From Macrostomum lignano (taxonomy: Eukaryota), in NCBI GenBank assembly GCA_002269645.1, contig NIVC01000067.1:496001-560000 (forward strand): DNA of 64,000 nt, in the 5' to 3' direction. The notes under the pieces were generated by a model. That model did no database searches. It was not told the origin of the DNA and saw nothing but the letters and a program-made list of their open reading frames with translations. Both the position numbers and the translations under genes were made by a program. Shown in pieces: positions 29,249 through 41,200 of this stretch. Within the stretch, counting starts at the first letter, position 1; the number at the start of each line of letters is the position of its first letter.

Positions 29249-29580
29249 GGGCGCAAAGCAGCTCAGCGGTGAACGCGTCTGATTCTCGCGCCACGACCCC
29301 TGGCTCGATGCCGTGCGCATGCAGCCTCATTAATTTTTAGGCTTATGCACGAAAATTATGGCCAGGGGTTGTCGTGCGATTCACACCACGAGGGCCAACC
29401 CCCAAAGGCACAGAAAGTGTACATCCCTGACGATTAGAAATCCAGGGGTGCTGTATCGTGTGTGAGTGTGTATAGGACTGCGTGCCTGCGTAGTATACAC
29501 GTGCTCAGGAGTCAGATAAATGGCTGGTTGTAGGACAATGTCGCCGAAGGCGTTGCGCCAGGGTGCCCGTAGTATTATTG
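29249..29580 (+). mobile_element. tRNA-derived SINE, family A (most complete copy)
   Basis: AGCAGCTCAGCGGT (A box), GGCTCGATGCC (B box), core AAAGTGTACATCCCTGACGATTAGAAATCCAGGG, 3' GGTTGTAGGACAATGTCGCCGAAGG, TATTATTG tail. Confidence 0.8.
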
Positions 29581-30076
29581 ATGTACATACATAAGCTCAC
29601 AAAATGCATGAAAAGTTGTGTGACCGCAAAATATGGTTTGGCTGCAGGATGGCTGTTCCAACTACATGTATAGTTTTAACATACAGCATTCACCAGATTT
29701 GTCTCCAAGTTTGTGATTGTAAACAATAAGAGAGGAAAATTGAAACGAGTCTGCATGGTGAAGAGACATTGCAAATTTGGAAGTCGAAGTGCTAATGGTC
29801 AAAATACCGACTAGGATGTAGCCAGCTATCCGGATACAACCTATAGCTAGCTAGCAGATGTCCAAGAGCCAATGAGCATTCGCTCAGACCCGAGCCTGCC
29901 TCTCAGCCCTACTGGTACACCCCTGACTTGAGATTATAGACAAGCTCGAGAATGCGTCTGGCTGCACACAGTTGATTCCCAAGCCCAGTTCTGCCAGTTT
30001 GACGGGCCCAACCAGAAACTAATATAACAGGTTTAGTGTTGGAAGTTCCACTCAGTTTTGCATCGTGAATTTAAGC

Positions 30077-30522
30077 ATGACGGTGAACTCCCTGCCAGGC
30101 GCACTGCTGTTGGGCCTTCTAATGCTGCTGCCGGGCGGCGGCGATACCGCTGCGGCATTCGGCGAGGACGACAGGTCGCTGCAGCTGACCAGCCTGGGGC
30201 TCAGCGGCGGCGCCGACGGAGCTGACTTCAACTTCGGCGGGGGCATTGGCGGCCCACCCGGCGCAGGTGGGGATCCCAACCAGCTGCTGGATCCCAACAA
30301 GTTCCAATCGCCTGAGGCGCTTAAGGAATACCTGGAGCGGCTGCAGCTTTACTATGCCCTAGTGGGACGGCCGAGGTATGCAAGAACTGAATACTGGCGA
30401 AGATATAGATGGGCAGACAGTAGATAAGTGACTTGGACACTGCGATGGCTGATTTGCAACGGAAAATAAGAATTAGGGATTCTCTCCCCTTCCGCAGGTT
30501 CGGCAAGAGGCGGAGGCGCTAG
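30077..30522 (+). CDS. npf: Neuropeptide F/Y precursor
   Basis: Signal peptide; FQSPEALKEYLERLQLYYALVGRPR|FGKR. Exons 30077-30375 and 30498-30522, with a phase-2 intron inside the penultimate Arg codon (the conserved NPY/NPF intron). G-KR amidation/cleavage site. Confidence 0.95.
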
Positions 30523-32374
30523 GCGTTTCAAGCTAAGAGGCGCGTCTCCAGCCTACTTGGACAGACTAAGCAATCAAATCAGGCATCGGCAATGATTAAA
30601 TCAAGTTTTATTTCAAAGCAATCTATAACACTTTTCTGGCGGCAGGTCCAGCGGAAGAAATCGATAACCAATAAATAGACACAACAGCGGCGATTTCTGT
30701 GTTTAAAACTCGAGCGTATCTCAGAACTGTTATTCAATGTCAAAAAAGTCAATAAACTGGCTGTAGCAAACCTAATAAATTATGATGTGAGCCTTCGCTT
30801 TCAATTAATTTTATATACATACGCCTGCTTTGCTGAATAAATCATACGGGCTACGGATGAGGTGTGTTTGGTGCCTGGTAGTCTGTAGTCTGTCCTTCAT
30901 CTGTTTTGCTTTTATTCTTTCAGTCATTCAGGACTTCAAATCTTCTGAACGAGCGCATTTTTGGCACTTCTAAATGAATAAATAAGTAGCTACTTGAGTA
31001 GTATCCAATTCTGAACTGTCTGGCCTACCCAAATATGCGCGCCGTTGGTTTATCTACGAGTATTATATTTTAAAATATAGCTTTCAATTGTTGTCTCTCT
31101 GGGTCGTCGGTCAGTGCCACTGAAATATGAATATCATCATTGTCTAGGTATTTTTAAATCGCTTTTTGTCCCGTCTCAATATTCACAAACATATATCTGT
31201 ATCTGTCTAGGAAAAACCCATTAGCTAGGTCTCTGGTCTCGGCTCTGTAACGACAGACAGTTATAAGTAGTCGTTACTGGGACAATCAATACAAACCGTA
31301 CGTACGTGTCCTTTAAGACGCCGAATGTGGTGGCGGCTCTATACTTGGAATTCGCAAGGATGACAGCTTTACCCAACAATCATTGATCTAGGAAGGCGGT
31401 TCTGATCTACTTGGTGAGCTGAGAAGGCGGCTGTGCAGTGATATACATCTTACTCAGAGATATGGCAGGACGGGAACTCTTCGTTAATAATCTGGCAAGC
31501 TGGTTAAAGAAATTTCGGCTTTTTAGCCAAAGTTACAGCCGAGTTACTAACGTCCGCTCAAGGTTTGTGTCTATTCTCAGCTCCCTTCTCTATATTCTCC
31601 TTTCTCCTCTCTCTTTTCTCCTCTTTCCTTCTCTTCTCTACTTTCTCTCCTATACTTTTCTTTACCATCTCATCTCTTTTCTCACGTCCTCTCCTCCACT
31701 CTCCCCTCCTCTGGCCTGCAGTCATGCGCTATGTTCTCTATCTGGCCCTGGAGGTAAAAAAGATTGCCGACGCCTGCAATAAGCCATACGCTAATACCGA
31801 CAGCCCCAATTTAAATTGATTGTCACCACACCGATTTTAAAGACTCCCACAGACTCCTCGGTAGCAGCAGCAAGCGACGCTGTGTTCAAGCAAACTTGCC
31901 CTTGTTCCCGTACGATAAGCAAACACAAAACGGATGCCCTTGCTCACTCAAACAATCGCTATTGGACAATGGGAATTTATTTCATTTAGCGGAGAAAATT
32001 TCCAGAGTCAGTTCTTTTACACGCGGGCTACGCCGAAGGAAAAGCTGAAATGGAAACGGGACTCTATATGCTGCAGCGCTCATTTTGCTCATTAGCTAGC
32101 TCATTGAAAAATTCAAATCCCATGGCCTATTTGCAGGAGGCAAAGCTAAGCTAAACATGGAATTAGATAAGAGAATTTCAAACGAAACGCATTCAAGCGA
32201 CATCGTTACACGGCTGGCAAACACAACACAATTATACCTATTTATAGTTTCTGAGAAAGCAATTCTGAAATTCTGAACAGCGAAGCGACATCGACTTCTT
32301 CGTCAGGGTATGTACACTGACTATATTTTAGGGCTCTAAACTTTATATTCTTTCTAATGCCCGGCTTTTATTTT

Positions 32375-33735
32375 TACTCCCCGCTTCCACTTTCTACTCC
32401 CCGCTTCCCTTTCTACTCCCCGCTTCCCTTTCTACTCCTCGCTTCCTCTTTCTACTCCCCGCTTCCCTTTCTACTCCCCGCTTCCCTTTCTACTCCACGC
32501 TTCCCTTTCTACTCCCCGCTTCCCTTTCTACTCCCCGCTTCCCCTTTCTACTCCCCGCTTCCCCTTTCTACTCCCCGCTTCCCTTTCTACTCCCCGCTTC
32601 CCTTTCTACTCCCCGCTTCCCCTTTCTACTCCCCGCTTTCCTTTCTACTCCCCGCTTCCACTTTCTACTCCCCGCTTCCCTTTGTACTCCCCGCTTCCTC
32701 TTTCTACTCCCCGCTTCCCTTTCTACTCCCCGCTTCCCTTTCTACTCCCCGCTTCCCTTTCTACTCCCCGCTTCCCCTTTCTACTCCCCGCTTCCCCTTT
32801 CTACTCCCCGCTTCCCTTTCTACTCCCCGCTTCCCCTTTCTACTCCCCGCTTCCCTTTCTACTCCCCGCTTCCTCTTTCTACTCCCCGCTTCCCTTTCTA
32901 CTCCCCGCTTCCCCTTTCTACTCCCCGCTTCCCCTTTCTACTCCCCGCTTCCCCTTTCTACTCCCCGCTTCCCTTTCTACTCCCCGCTTCCCCTTTCTAC
33001 TCCCCGCTTCCACTTTCTACTCCCCGCTTCCCTTTGTACTCCCCGCTTCCTCTTTCTACTCCCCGCTTCCCTTTCTACTCCCCGCTTCCCTTTCTACTCC
33101 CCGCTTCCCTTTCTACTCCCCGCTTCCCCTTTCTACTCCCCGCTTCCCCTTTCTACTCCCCGCTTCCCTTTCTACTCCCCGCTTCCCCTTTCTACTCCCC
33201 GCTTCCCTTTCTACTCCCCGCTTCCTCTTTCTACTCCCCGCTTCCCTTTCTACTCCCCGCTTCCCCTTTCTACTCCCCGCTTCCCCTTTCTACTCCCCGC
33301 TTCCCCTTTCTACTCCCCGCTTCCCTTTCTACTCCCCGCTTCCCCTTTCTACTCCCGCTTCCCTTTCTACTCCCCGCTTCCCTTTCTACTCCCCGCTTCC
33401 CTTTCTACTCCCCGCTTCCCCTTTCTACTCCCCGCTTCCCCTTTCTACTCCCCGCTTCCCTTTCTACTCCCCGCTTCCCTTTCTACTCCCCGCTTCCCCT
33501 TTCTACTCCCCGCTTCCCTTTCTACTCCCCGCTTCCTCTTTCTACTCCCCGCTTCCCCTTTCTACTCCCCGCTTCCCTTTCTACTCCCCGCTTCCCTTTC
33601 TACTCCCCGCTTCCCTTTCTACTCCCCGCTTCCCTTTCTACTCCCCGCTTCCCCTTTCTACTCCCCACTTCCCTTTTCTACTCCCCACTTCCCCTTTCTA
33701 CTCCTCACTTCTACTTTCTACTTACTACTTCTTAC
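32375..33735. repeat. 19-20 bp pyrimidine-rich minisatellite (CTACTCCCCGCTTCCC(C)TTT)
   Basis: Direct; ORFs 32357-33825 are by-products. Confidence 0.97.
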
Positions 33736-34404
33736 TTCTCTACTCCACTTAGATTTACACTTTTAACACTCGATTCGAGGACAACAAAAAGCAAATGCTT
33801 TGCTTTGAAAGTATCGATAAAATAAAGAATTGACTCAAACAAAGACTAACAGCATGAGGCGCATATTTTGTACAATTCACCCAATCAATAGGGCAGGAGG
33901 CAGGGGCTCGTGGTGAAATTAATGAAGCGGCAATTTTATTAGGAGGCAAAAAATGATGGAATAAAGGCGTAAGCATACTTGAAACCATAATTTGAATTTT
34001 TCATTTTCAGTCTCCAATCTGCCTCGCTCGAATTTAATCTATTGATTGACACTGCGCAGCTCGAGAGCTGCAGTTGCTATGCTTAAAGCTCTTTGCCAGA
34101 TTGCTTCACGGGTCGCGCGCGCCTTTCATTCGTATAGCAACCCGATAAGCCTGGCGCAGGTCCGCCTAAGCAGAATTACTCCATCCAACGCATTCCTGCA
34201 AATCAACTGCGAGTGGCACCGAAGATATCCTCAGCTCCCACCTCACGGCTCAGCTCTCTCGCCAAAATCTAATGCCGAGATCCGGCCAGCAGCCTATGTG
34301 ATGGGATCAAGATCCTCTTTTTCTACTTTATTCTCAAACGCCACAAAATCCATCTTGAAGTTTGAGGTCTACACCTCACATCAGCTCTTCTTCTGCTAAG
34401 GACC

Positions 34405-34880
34405 TTTGCTCTGTCTCCCTCTCCTGCATCTGCATCCTCTGTCTCCCTCTCTCGCCTCTGCATTCTCCATCTCCCTCTCCTGCATCTGCATCATCTGTCT
34501 CCCTCTCTCGCCTCTGCATCCTCTGTCTCCCTCTCCTGCATCTGCATCCTCTGTCTCCCTCTCTCGCCTCTGCATTCTCCATCTCCCTCTCCTGCATCTC
34601 ATCATCTGTCTCCCTCTCTCGCCTCTGCATCCTCTGTCTCCCTCTCTCGCCTCTGCATTCTCCATCTCCTTCTCTCGCCTCTGCATTCTCCATCTCCCTC
34701 TCTCGCCTCTGCATTCTCCATCTCCCTCTCCTGCATCTGCATCCTCTGTCTCCCTCTCTCGCCTCTGAATCCTCTGTCTCCTTCTCTCGCCTCTGCATCC
34801 TCCATCTCCCTCTCCTGCATCTGCATCATCTGTCTCCCTCTCTCGCCTCTGCATCCTCCATCTCCCTCTCTCCCTTCTGC
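34405..34880. repeat. ~28-bp compound minisatellite (TCTCCCTCTCTCGCCTCTGCAT...)
   Basis: Direct. Confidence 0.93.
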
Positions 34881-35515
34881 ATGCATCGATCAGCTGTGTA
34901 GCGTTACAGACTTCTGTTATTTCTTTATCACCGGATTCATAAGCACTCGTACACATCTGTAATGTATTACGCATTAGACAAGTGAACAAATGAAATAAAT
35001 AATAGTGTATTCGAGCAAGCCTAACTACTTTCAATATTATAATGCAGAAGCCAAAACAGCACAATTTTTTGAATGGATTAATGAAAAATTCAGATAGTAT
35101 GAATAGATACGCTCGTACAGTGATGATGCTGATTGTAACTAAATAACCAAAATGAAAGCAAAACAGAGTAAAACTAAAAGTGGAAGATGGACACCAAGAG
35201 TCGCATTTCGAATTTAACTAGTACTTATTTACATACTACAATTTCTAAACAAAACTTCAACGCACCACACCGAAAAATCAATAATTAGAATAAACTACAA
35301 GAAACAACTGCACACAGGAAAGTTAGATGGGTGCACTGTGTAACCTGGCTCTGACACCCAAGGCTTACCGGTATAATTGTGGTGTCAGAGAAGAGAGGAC
35401 ACGGGAGAGAAGAGACATGACAGTTTAAATTTACAATGAGAATGAAAGCCGATCAGGTAAAGCTTGGGAGGCGCAGCGGTCTGCCATAGCGCAGGCAGGT
35501 GACTCGAGGCCTCAC

Positions 35516-35984
35516 CACAGTCAGTGGACGCAGGCTGGTGGGGCCTCTGCCGCCAGAGACAGAAGAATGCTCCGAGTCCGCACTGGAATAGGTGGCACCA
35601 ATTTGGTCACAGTTGTCATAGATAGACAGCTCAGCTTTCATGCACTGCATGATGCCAGGCGAGATGTCCAGCTGGCGCAGCAGGCTCACAGACAGAGGCG
35701 CGGCGGCTTGGCTCCATTCATCATTATTGACAGCATCATCAATGTCACTGTGAGTTTCCTCAGCTTCAAAGCTATCATTGATACTGTCGCTGCTATTATA
35801 CAGTGCAGAGTGCTGAGGGGGTGGCAATGCTTCCATACTGTCTGAGCCAATGCTGCTGCTGGCTTGACTGCCAGTTGTAGAGAAATCCAGTTCCAATGGC
35901 AAGATGCCAAATGATAAGCGACTGCTGCTGGCTACATATCCAATTTGTCCAAATGAAGATGGTTTAGAATTTTGATAGTAAATA
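35516..35984 (-). CDS. Probable internal exon of an unidentified Ser/Asp-rich protein
   Basis: 194-codon non-repeat open frame (35453-36037) with acceptor cttctAG at 35985-35986 and donor GTG|GTGAGG at 35515. No recognisable domain; flanking exons not found. Confidence 0.4.
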
Positions 35985-38296
35985 CTAGAAGAGGTGTATA
36001 CACCCAATGATGACATTGCAGCAATAGAAAATATCAATAGAGAAATTAAGTCAATTGAAAATGTTTTCTTGTTGTTCTATATAGTTTCAATTTAATTCTG
36101 ATAGTCAAATATTCATAAAGTCAAGAGATTGAATGTAAAAAGGCCAATTATTATGTTCAAAATGCTATTTAGTATTTAAAACTTTCTAGGCTTAGGCCTA
36201 CTTGGAGTAAAAATAATAATTAGTTCTTCATTATCAAAAGTTCTTGACTTGAAGATATAACTTTTGATTAAGGCAAATTAATAAAAAAGAATTTTACTTT
36301 AAGATAAATAAATATAATAAGTAAAACAAAACATTATGATCAAGGAAACTAAAAATATCAATAAAACAGATACTATTGTTAAAGATATAGAGTGCAGCAT
36401 TAGTAGGCCTAATAAATAAAAATCATACAAAATCAAAAATATATAATAATAAAAAAAGAAATATTTTAACTTGTTTATGACTTTTTAAAGCTAGATAGGC
36501 CTATATGATTTTGAAACAAAGTTATAATACAATTTAAATTAAAATTTTTAACACTCATTATAAGTTAGAACTATTGGGTTAAAATTCAAGCTCTTATTAT
36601 GTTAGAGTTTGAATTTTATAGAATAATAAAACATTATTCATAGATAATTCTCTTGTATCTTGACTTAGCAACCACCCAAAAGAACTTACAATACAATCAC
36701 AATATCACATCTCTAAGATATACATGTGTTTTACAAGCTTGTTCCAGTTGTACTAAGAAATTTCAATTTTCGTTTTAGTCCTGTAGCCTATAATATAAGC
36801 CTCTGTAGTAGGTCTACTAAAACTGATTGAAATTTGTAATGAGCAAGTATTATCATAATACAACAAAGAAAATATACATTTGCATCCTTATAAGAACTAT
36901 AAACAAGCAACCAACACCAACTACGACTAGCAAGTCCGCATCATATGTCATCAGCAGTCATAGTGACAGAATACACGTGGCAAGATCTCCAACTTTGCCA
37001 ACTCTGACGTGTCAATTATGAATTTCTTTCTAAGAAAGTGTAAATATAAATCAAACACGTGCAAGTGCACGTGCTCAACTAAACAGCTGATTCGAGCATT
37101 ATTGTAGAATATTACGCCTTAAATCCATTTAAATACAAAAAGATGCTCAAAGTAGACATATTTTTACTCAAATACTTTACGCTTTATCATAGACCAACGA
37201 AAATATCCACGATAATTAAATTTCGAGCGTATAAACTAAGTACGCTCGACCAAAAGAGGGCCCTGACGATTCAATGACGGAAAACGCCTTACAAATTGTT
37301 GAAATGTTTTTGAAAGAAGATGCACGTCGTGTATTTTGCAATTGGTTGTTTATCAATTCATAATATTATATATTTCTTTCGGTTTTTTAAACTCATACAA
37401 GCTAATTGAAGCTTTATTCTGAGACTGTTTAATTCATCTAGCTTCAAAGCCCACTTCACCGCGGTAGAATGACTATAAAATAGCAACAATCCGAAATAAT
37501 TGGATCAATCTTTGAGGAGTGTATACAGGATTCTTGTTTATTTTATGATTCGGAGCAGAAATACATAATAAATGTTACTAAATAATTAAATAATTAAATA
37601 AAAAAGGTTACATAATACATAAATATGTAACCTGTTACATATCCCGTATTGAAGGTCAATGCACATAACATACACCTGTACACATTAAAAAAACTGACAT
37701 GCAATTCATTCAGCTGTATTTACCGCTTTTTTCTCCATATTAACATGCTTTTTATTTATTTACATGGATAAGACTTAAGTTAAAAGCTAAATCTTGATTT
37801 AAATCAAAAAGACAGCTAGCATGTTTACGAGTATTGTTCCAAGTTTCTGCTATAGCTAAAGCAACACTGCACTGCCAGTCGTAAACAGGAAATCGTGTTT
37901 CCAGCTCAATTCTGCCAAAAATGCAGAAAGAATCACAATGGGTAAAGCAGCGAATAATGTTACATACTGTAGATGAGCACTGTCTGCTCCCTCCGACTCA
38001 TTTTCGGAACAGTATTTCAGTGACAAGCAGCAGCAAGCAAAGTGAGTTCAATCTACGAAAGTGAGGTCTGAATACCCGCTTGAGAAGTTGTGTGCGTTTG
38101 AGCACAGCTGCATTCAGTTAAATGTGCATGGCATAGAGTGTACAGTGTAGATGCAGCTTCACTGGGCCGGGGGTATATTTATAAGCCACCTAGCTCGTAT
38201 AGGTGGAAAGAGCTCCACAGTGAAACAAAAACAAGTTTGAAAAAAAGCTTTACGTGCCCGCAGCTTGAACGCAGCTAAGGAGGCCAGTGCGAAACA

Positions 38297-41200
38297 ATGT
38301 CGCAGCCAAATCCCGGATTCTTGAGATCTCTGTTTGCGACAATTCTACTGCTGACTATTGCGGCATCTGCGGCTAAGTCGCAAACTATCAAGATTGGTAG
38401 GGAAAACTTTCAATTGCTGATCCTTTTACTGCCGAAAATGTTTTTTATCTAGAAAAACTACTAACCAGCTTCTCTAAGAAACACAGCGCTCCCCCTTCGT
38501 CCAATTCAGCATCAAATCTTTACATTCCCAAGAGGTTGGAAATAACGAAGCCCGACGAGGCGCGAAGACAATTATTATTGGGCGAATAAATTATTATATA
38601 GATAAATTTTCTGATCGGTTTTTGATCTCGAACGAGCTCGTGAGATTATTGCCGCTGGCCTGCACTGTCACGAATTTTGCGACAGCAGGACCTGCTCTGT
38701 GCGAATCCGGGATTAGCGCTCGACAAGGCGCTTCTTTTGCGCTGCTGCAGGGCCTTTTCTAGTGGGATAATTTCTTTCCCCTTCCAGCCCCCTTGCCAGC
38801 CCCGATGGCCAGGCGGGTTGAAGGCAGCTCATCTGGAAACTGGGCCAAACAGACGAATACAGCGGTGCCAATAATGAATTACAACCTGGAGGCGCAGTCG
38901 CAATTCAAAACGCTCGCCAACCGGAAAGACGAACGCCGTTCTCGCTCTGTTTTGCGCTATTATTTTTCCTGGAAAAGATGGGGGGAGAAAAAAAACGCAC
39001 GCCCCCGGTCCGACTGGCACCGATTCAAGTCGCGTCCGGATCCCCGGATTTATTTTAATTTATTGAAGAAAATTTGGCATTCAGTATTTTGCAAAATTTA
39101 TTGCTTCTGGGGCGTTTGCATAGCGCGATGAGTCCGAATGAGGAACACGTTTGCGCGGTAACTGAGCTATCTTTCGAGGCTTTGAGCCATGATTTTATAA
39201 CCCTCCGACCCGAATGCAGGTGTGCACAACGATGTGAAGATTTTGAACTCTCTAACCAGCTTGAACAGTTCCGAGGTGGCCAGATTATTCAACATCACTT
39301 TTATAAATGTCAGCAGTTTCCATTTAGGCCCCGACCCGGAGACTCTGGTCCAGGTGCGCTCCTGTAAGTTTCTGTCGTGCTTTCAAATGCAAACCTTTTC
39401 AGAGGGCCTAAGGGAAAACACAGGAGTGTCACACAAAGTAGAAACAGCTGGGTGTCACTAGAAACAGCTGGGTGTCACTAGAAACAGCTGGGTGTCACTA
39501 GAAACAGCTGGGTGTCACTAGAAACACAGGGGTGTCACTAGAAACACAGGGGTGTCACTAAAAACAGCTGGGTGTCACTAAAAACAGCTGGGTGTCACTA
39601 GAAACAGCTGGGGGTCATTAGAAACAGCTGGGTGTCACTAGAAACAGCTGGTTTCACTAGAAACAGCTGGGTGTCACTAGAAACAGCTGGTTTCACTAGA
39701 AACAGCTGGGTGTCACTAGAAACAGCGGGGTGTCACTAGAAACAGCAAGGTGTCACTAGAAACACAGGGGTGTCACTAGAAACACAGGGGTGTCACTAGA
39801 AACACAGGGGTGTCACTAGAAACACAGGGGTGTCACTAAAAACACAGGGGTGTCACTAGAAACACAGGGGTGTCACTAAAAACACAATGGTGTCACCAGA
39901 AACACAGGGGTGTCACTAGAAGCACAGTGGTGTCACTAGAAACACAGGGGTGTCACTAAAAACACAGGGGTGTCACTAGAAACACAGGGGTGTCACTAAA
40001 AACACAGGGGTGTCACTAAAAACACAGGGGTGTCACTAGAAACACAGGGGTGTCACTAAAAACACAGGGGTGTCACTAGAAACACATGGGTGTCACTAGA
40101 AACACAGGGGTGTCACTAAAAACACAGGGGTGTCACTAAAAACACAGGGGTGTCACTAAAAACACAATGGTGTCACTAGAAACACAGGGGTGTCACTAGA
40201 AACACAGGGGTGTCACTAAAAACACAGGGGTGTCACTAGAAACACAGGGGTGTCACTAGAAACACAGGGGTGTCACTAAAAACACAGGGGTGTCACTAGA
40301 AACACAGGGGTGTCACTAAAAACACAATGGTGTCACTAGAAACACAGGGGTGTCACTAGAAACACAGTGGTGTCACTAGAAACACAGGGGTGTCACTAGA
40401 AACACAGTGGTGTCACTAGAAACACAGGGGTGTCACTAGAAACACAGGGGTGTCACTAAAAACACAGGGGTGTCACTAGAAACACAGGGGTGTCACTAAA
40501 AACACAATGGTGTCACTAGAAACACAGGGGTGTCACTAGAAACACAGGGGTGTCACTAAAAACACAGGGGTGTCACTAGAAACACAGGGGTGTCACTAGA
40601 AACACAGGGGTGTCACTAAAAACACAGGGGTGTCACTAAAAGCACAGGGGTGTCACTAAAAACACAGGGGTGTCACTAAAAACACAGGGGTGTCACTAAA
40701 AGCACAGGGGTGTCACTAAAAACACAGGGGTGTCACTAAAAACACAGGGGTGTCACTAAAAACACAGTTGAGTGTCACTAGAAACAGCGGGGTGTCATTA
40801 GAAACAGCTGAGGTGTCACTAGAAACAGCTGGGGTGTCACTAGAAACACAGGGGTGTCACTAGAAACACAGTGGTGTCACTAAAAACACAGGGGTGTCAC
40901 TAGAAACACAGGGGTGTCACTAAAAACACAGGGGTGTCACTAGAAACACAGGGGTGTCACTAAAAACACAGGGGTGTCACTAGAAACACAGTGGTGTCAC
41001 TAAAAACCCAGGGGTGTCACTAGAAACACAGGGGTGTCACTAGAAACACAGGGGTGTCACTAGAAACACAGGGGTGTCACTAAAAACACAGGGGTGTCAC
41101 TAGAAACACAGGGGTGTCACTAAAAACACAGGGGTGTCACTAGAAACACAGGGGTGTCACTAGAAACACAGGGATGTCACTAAAAACACAGGGATGTCAC

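Noticed and set aside
37234-37252. Perfect 9-bp inverted repeat TCGAGCGTA/TACGCTCGA in an AT-rich stretch
   Set aside because: Isolated, with no associated element ends or second copy; compatible with chance.
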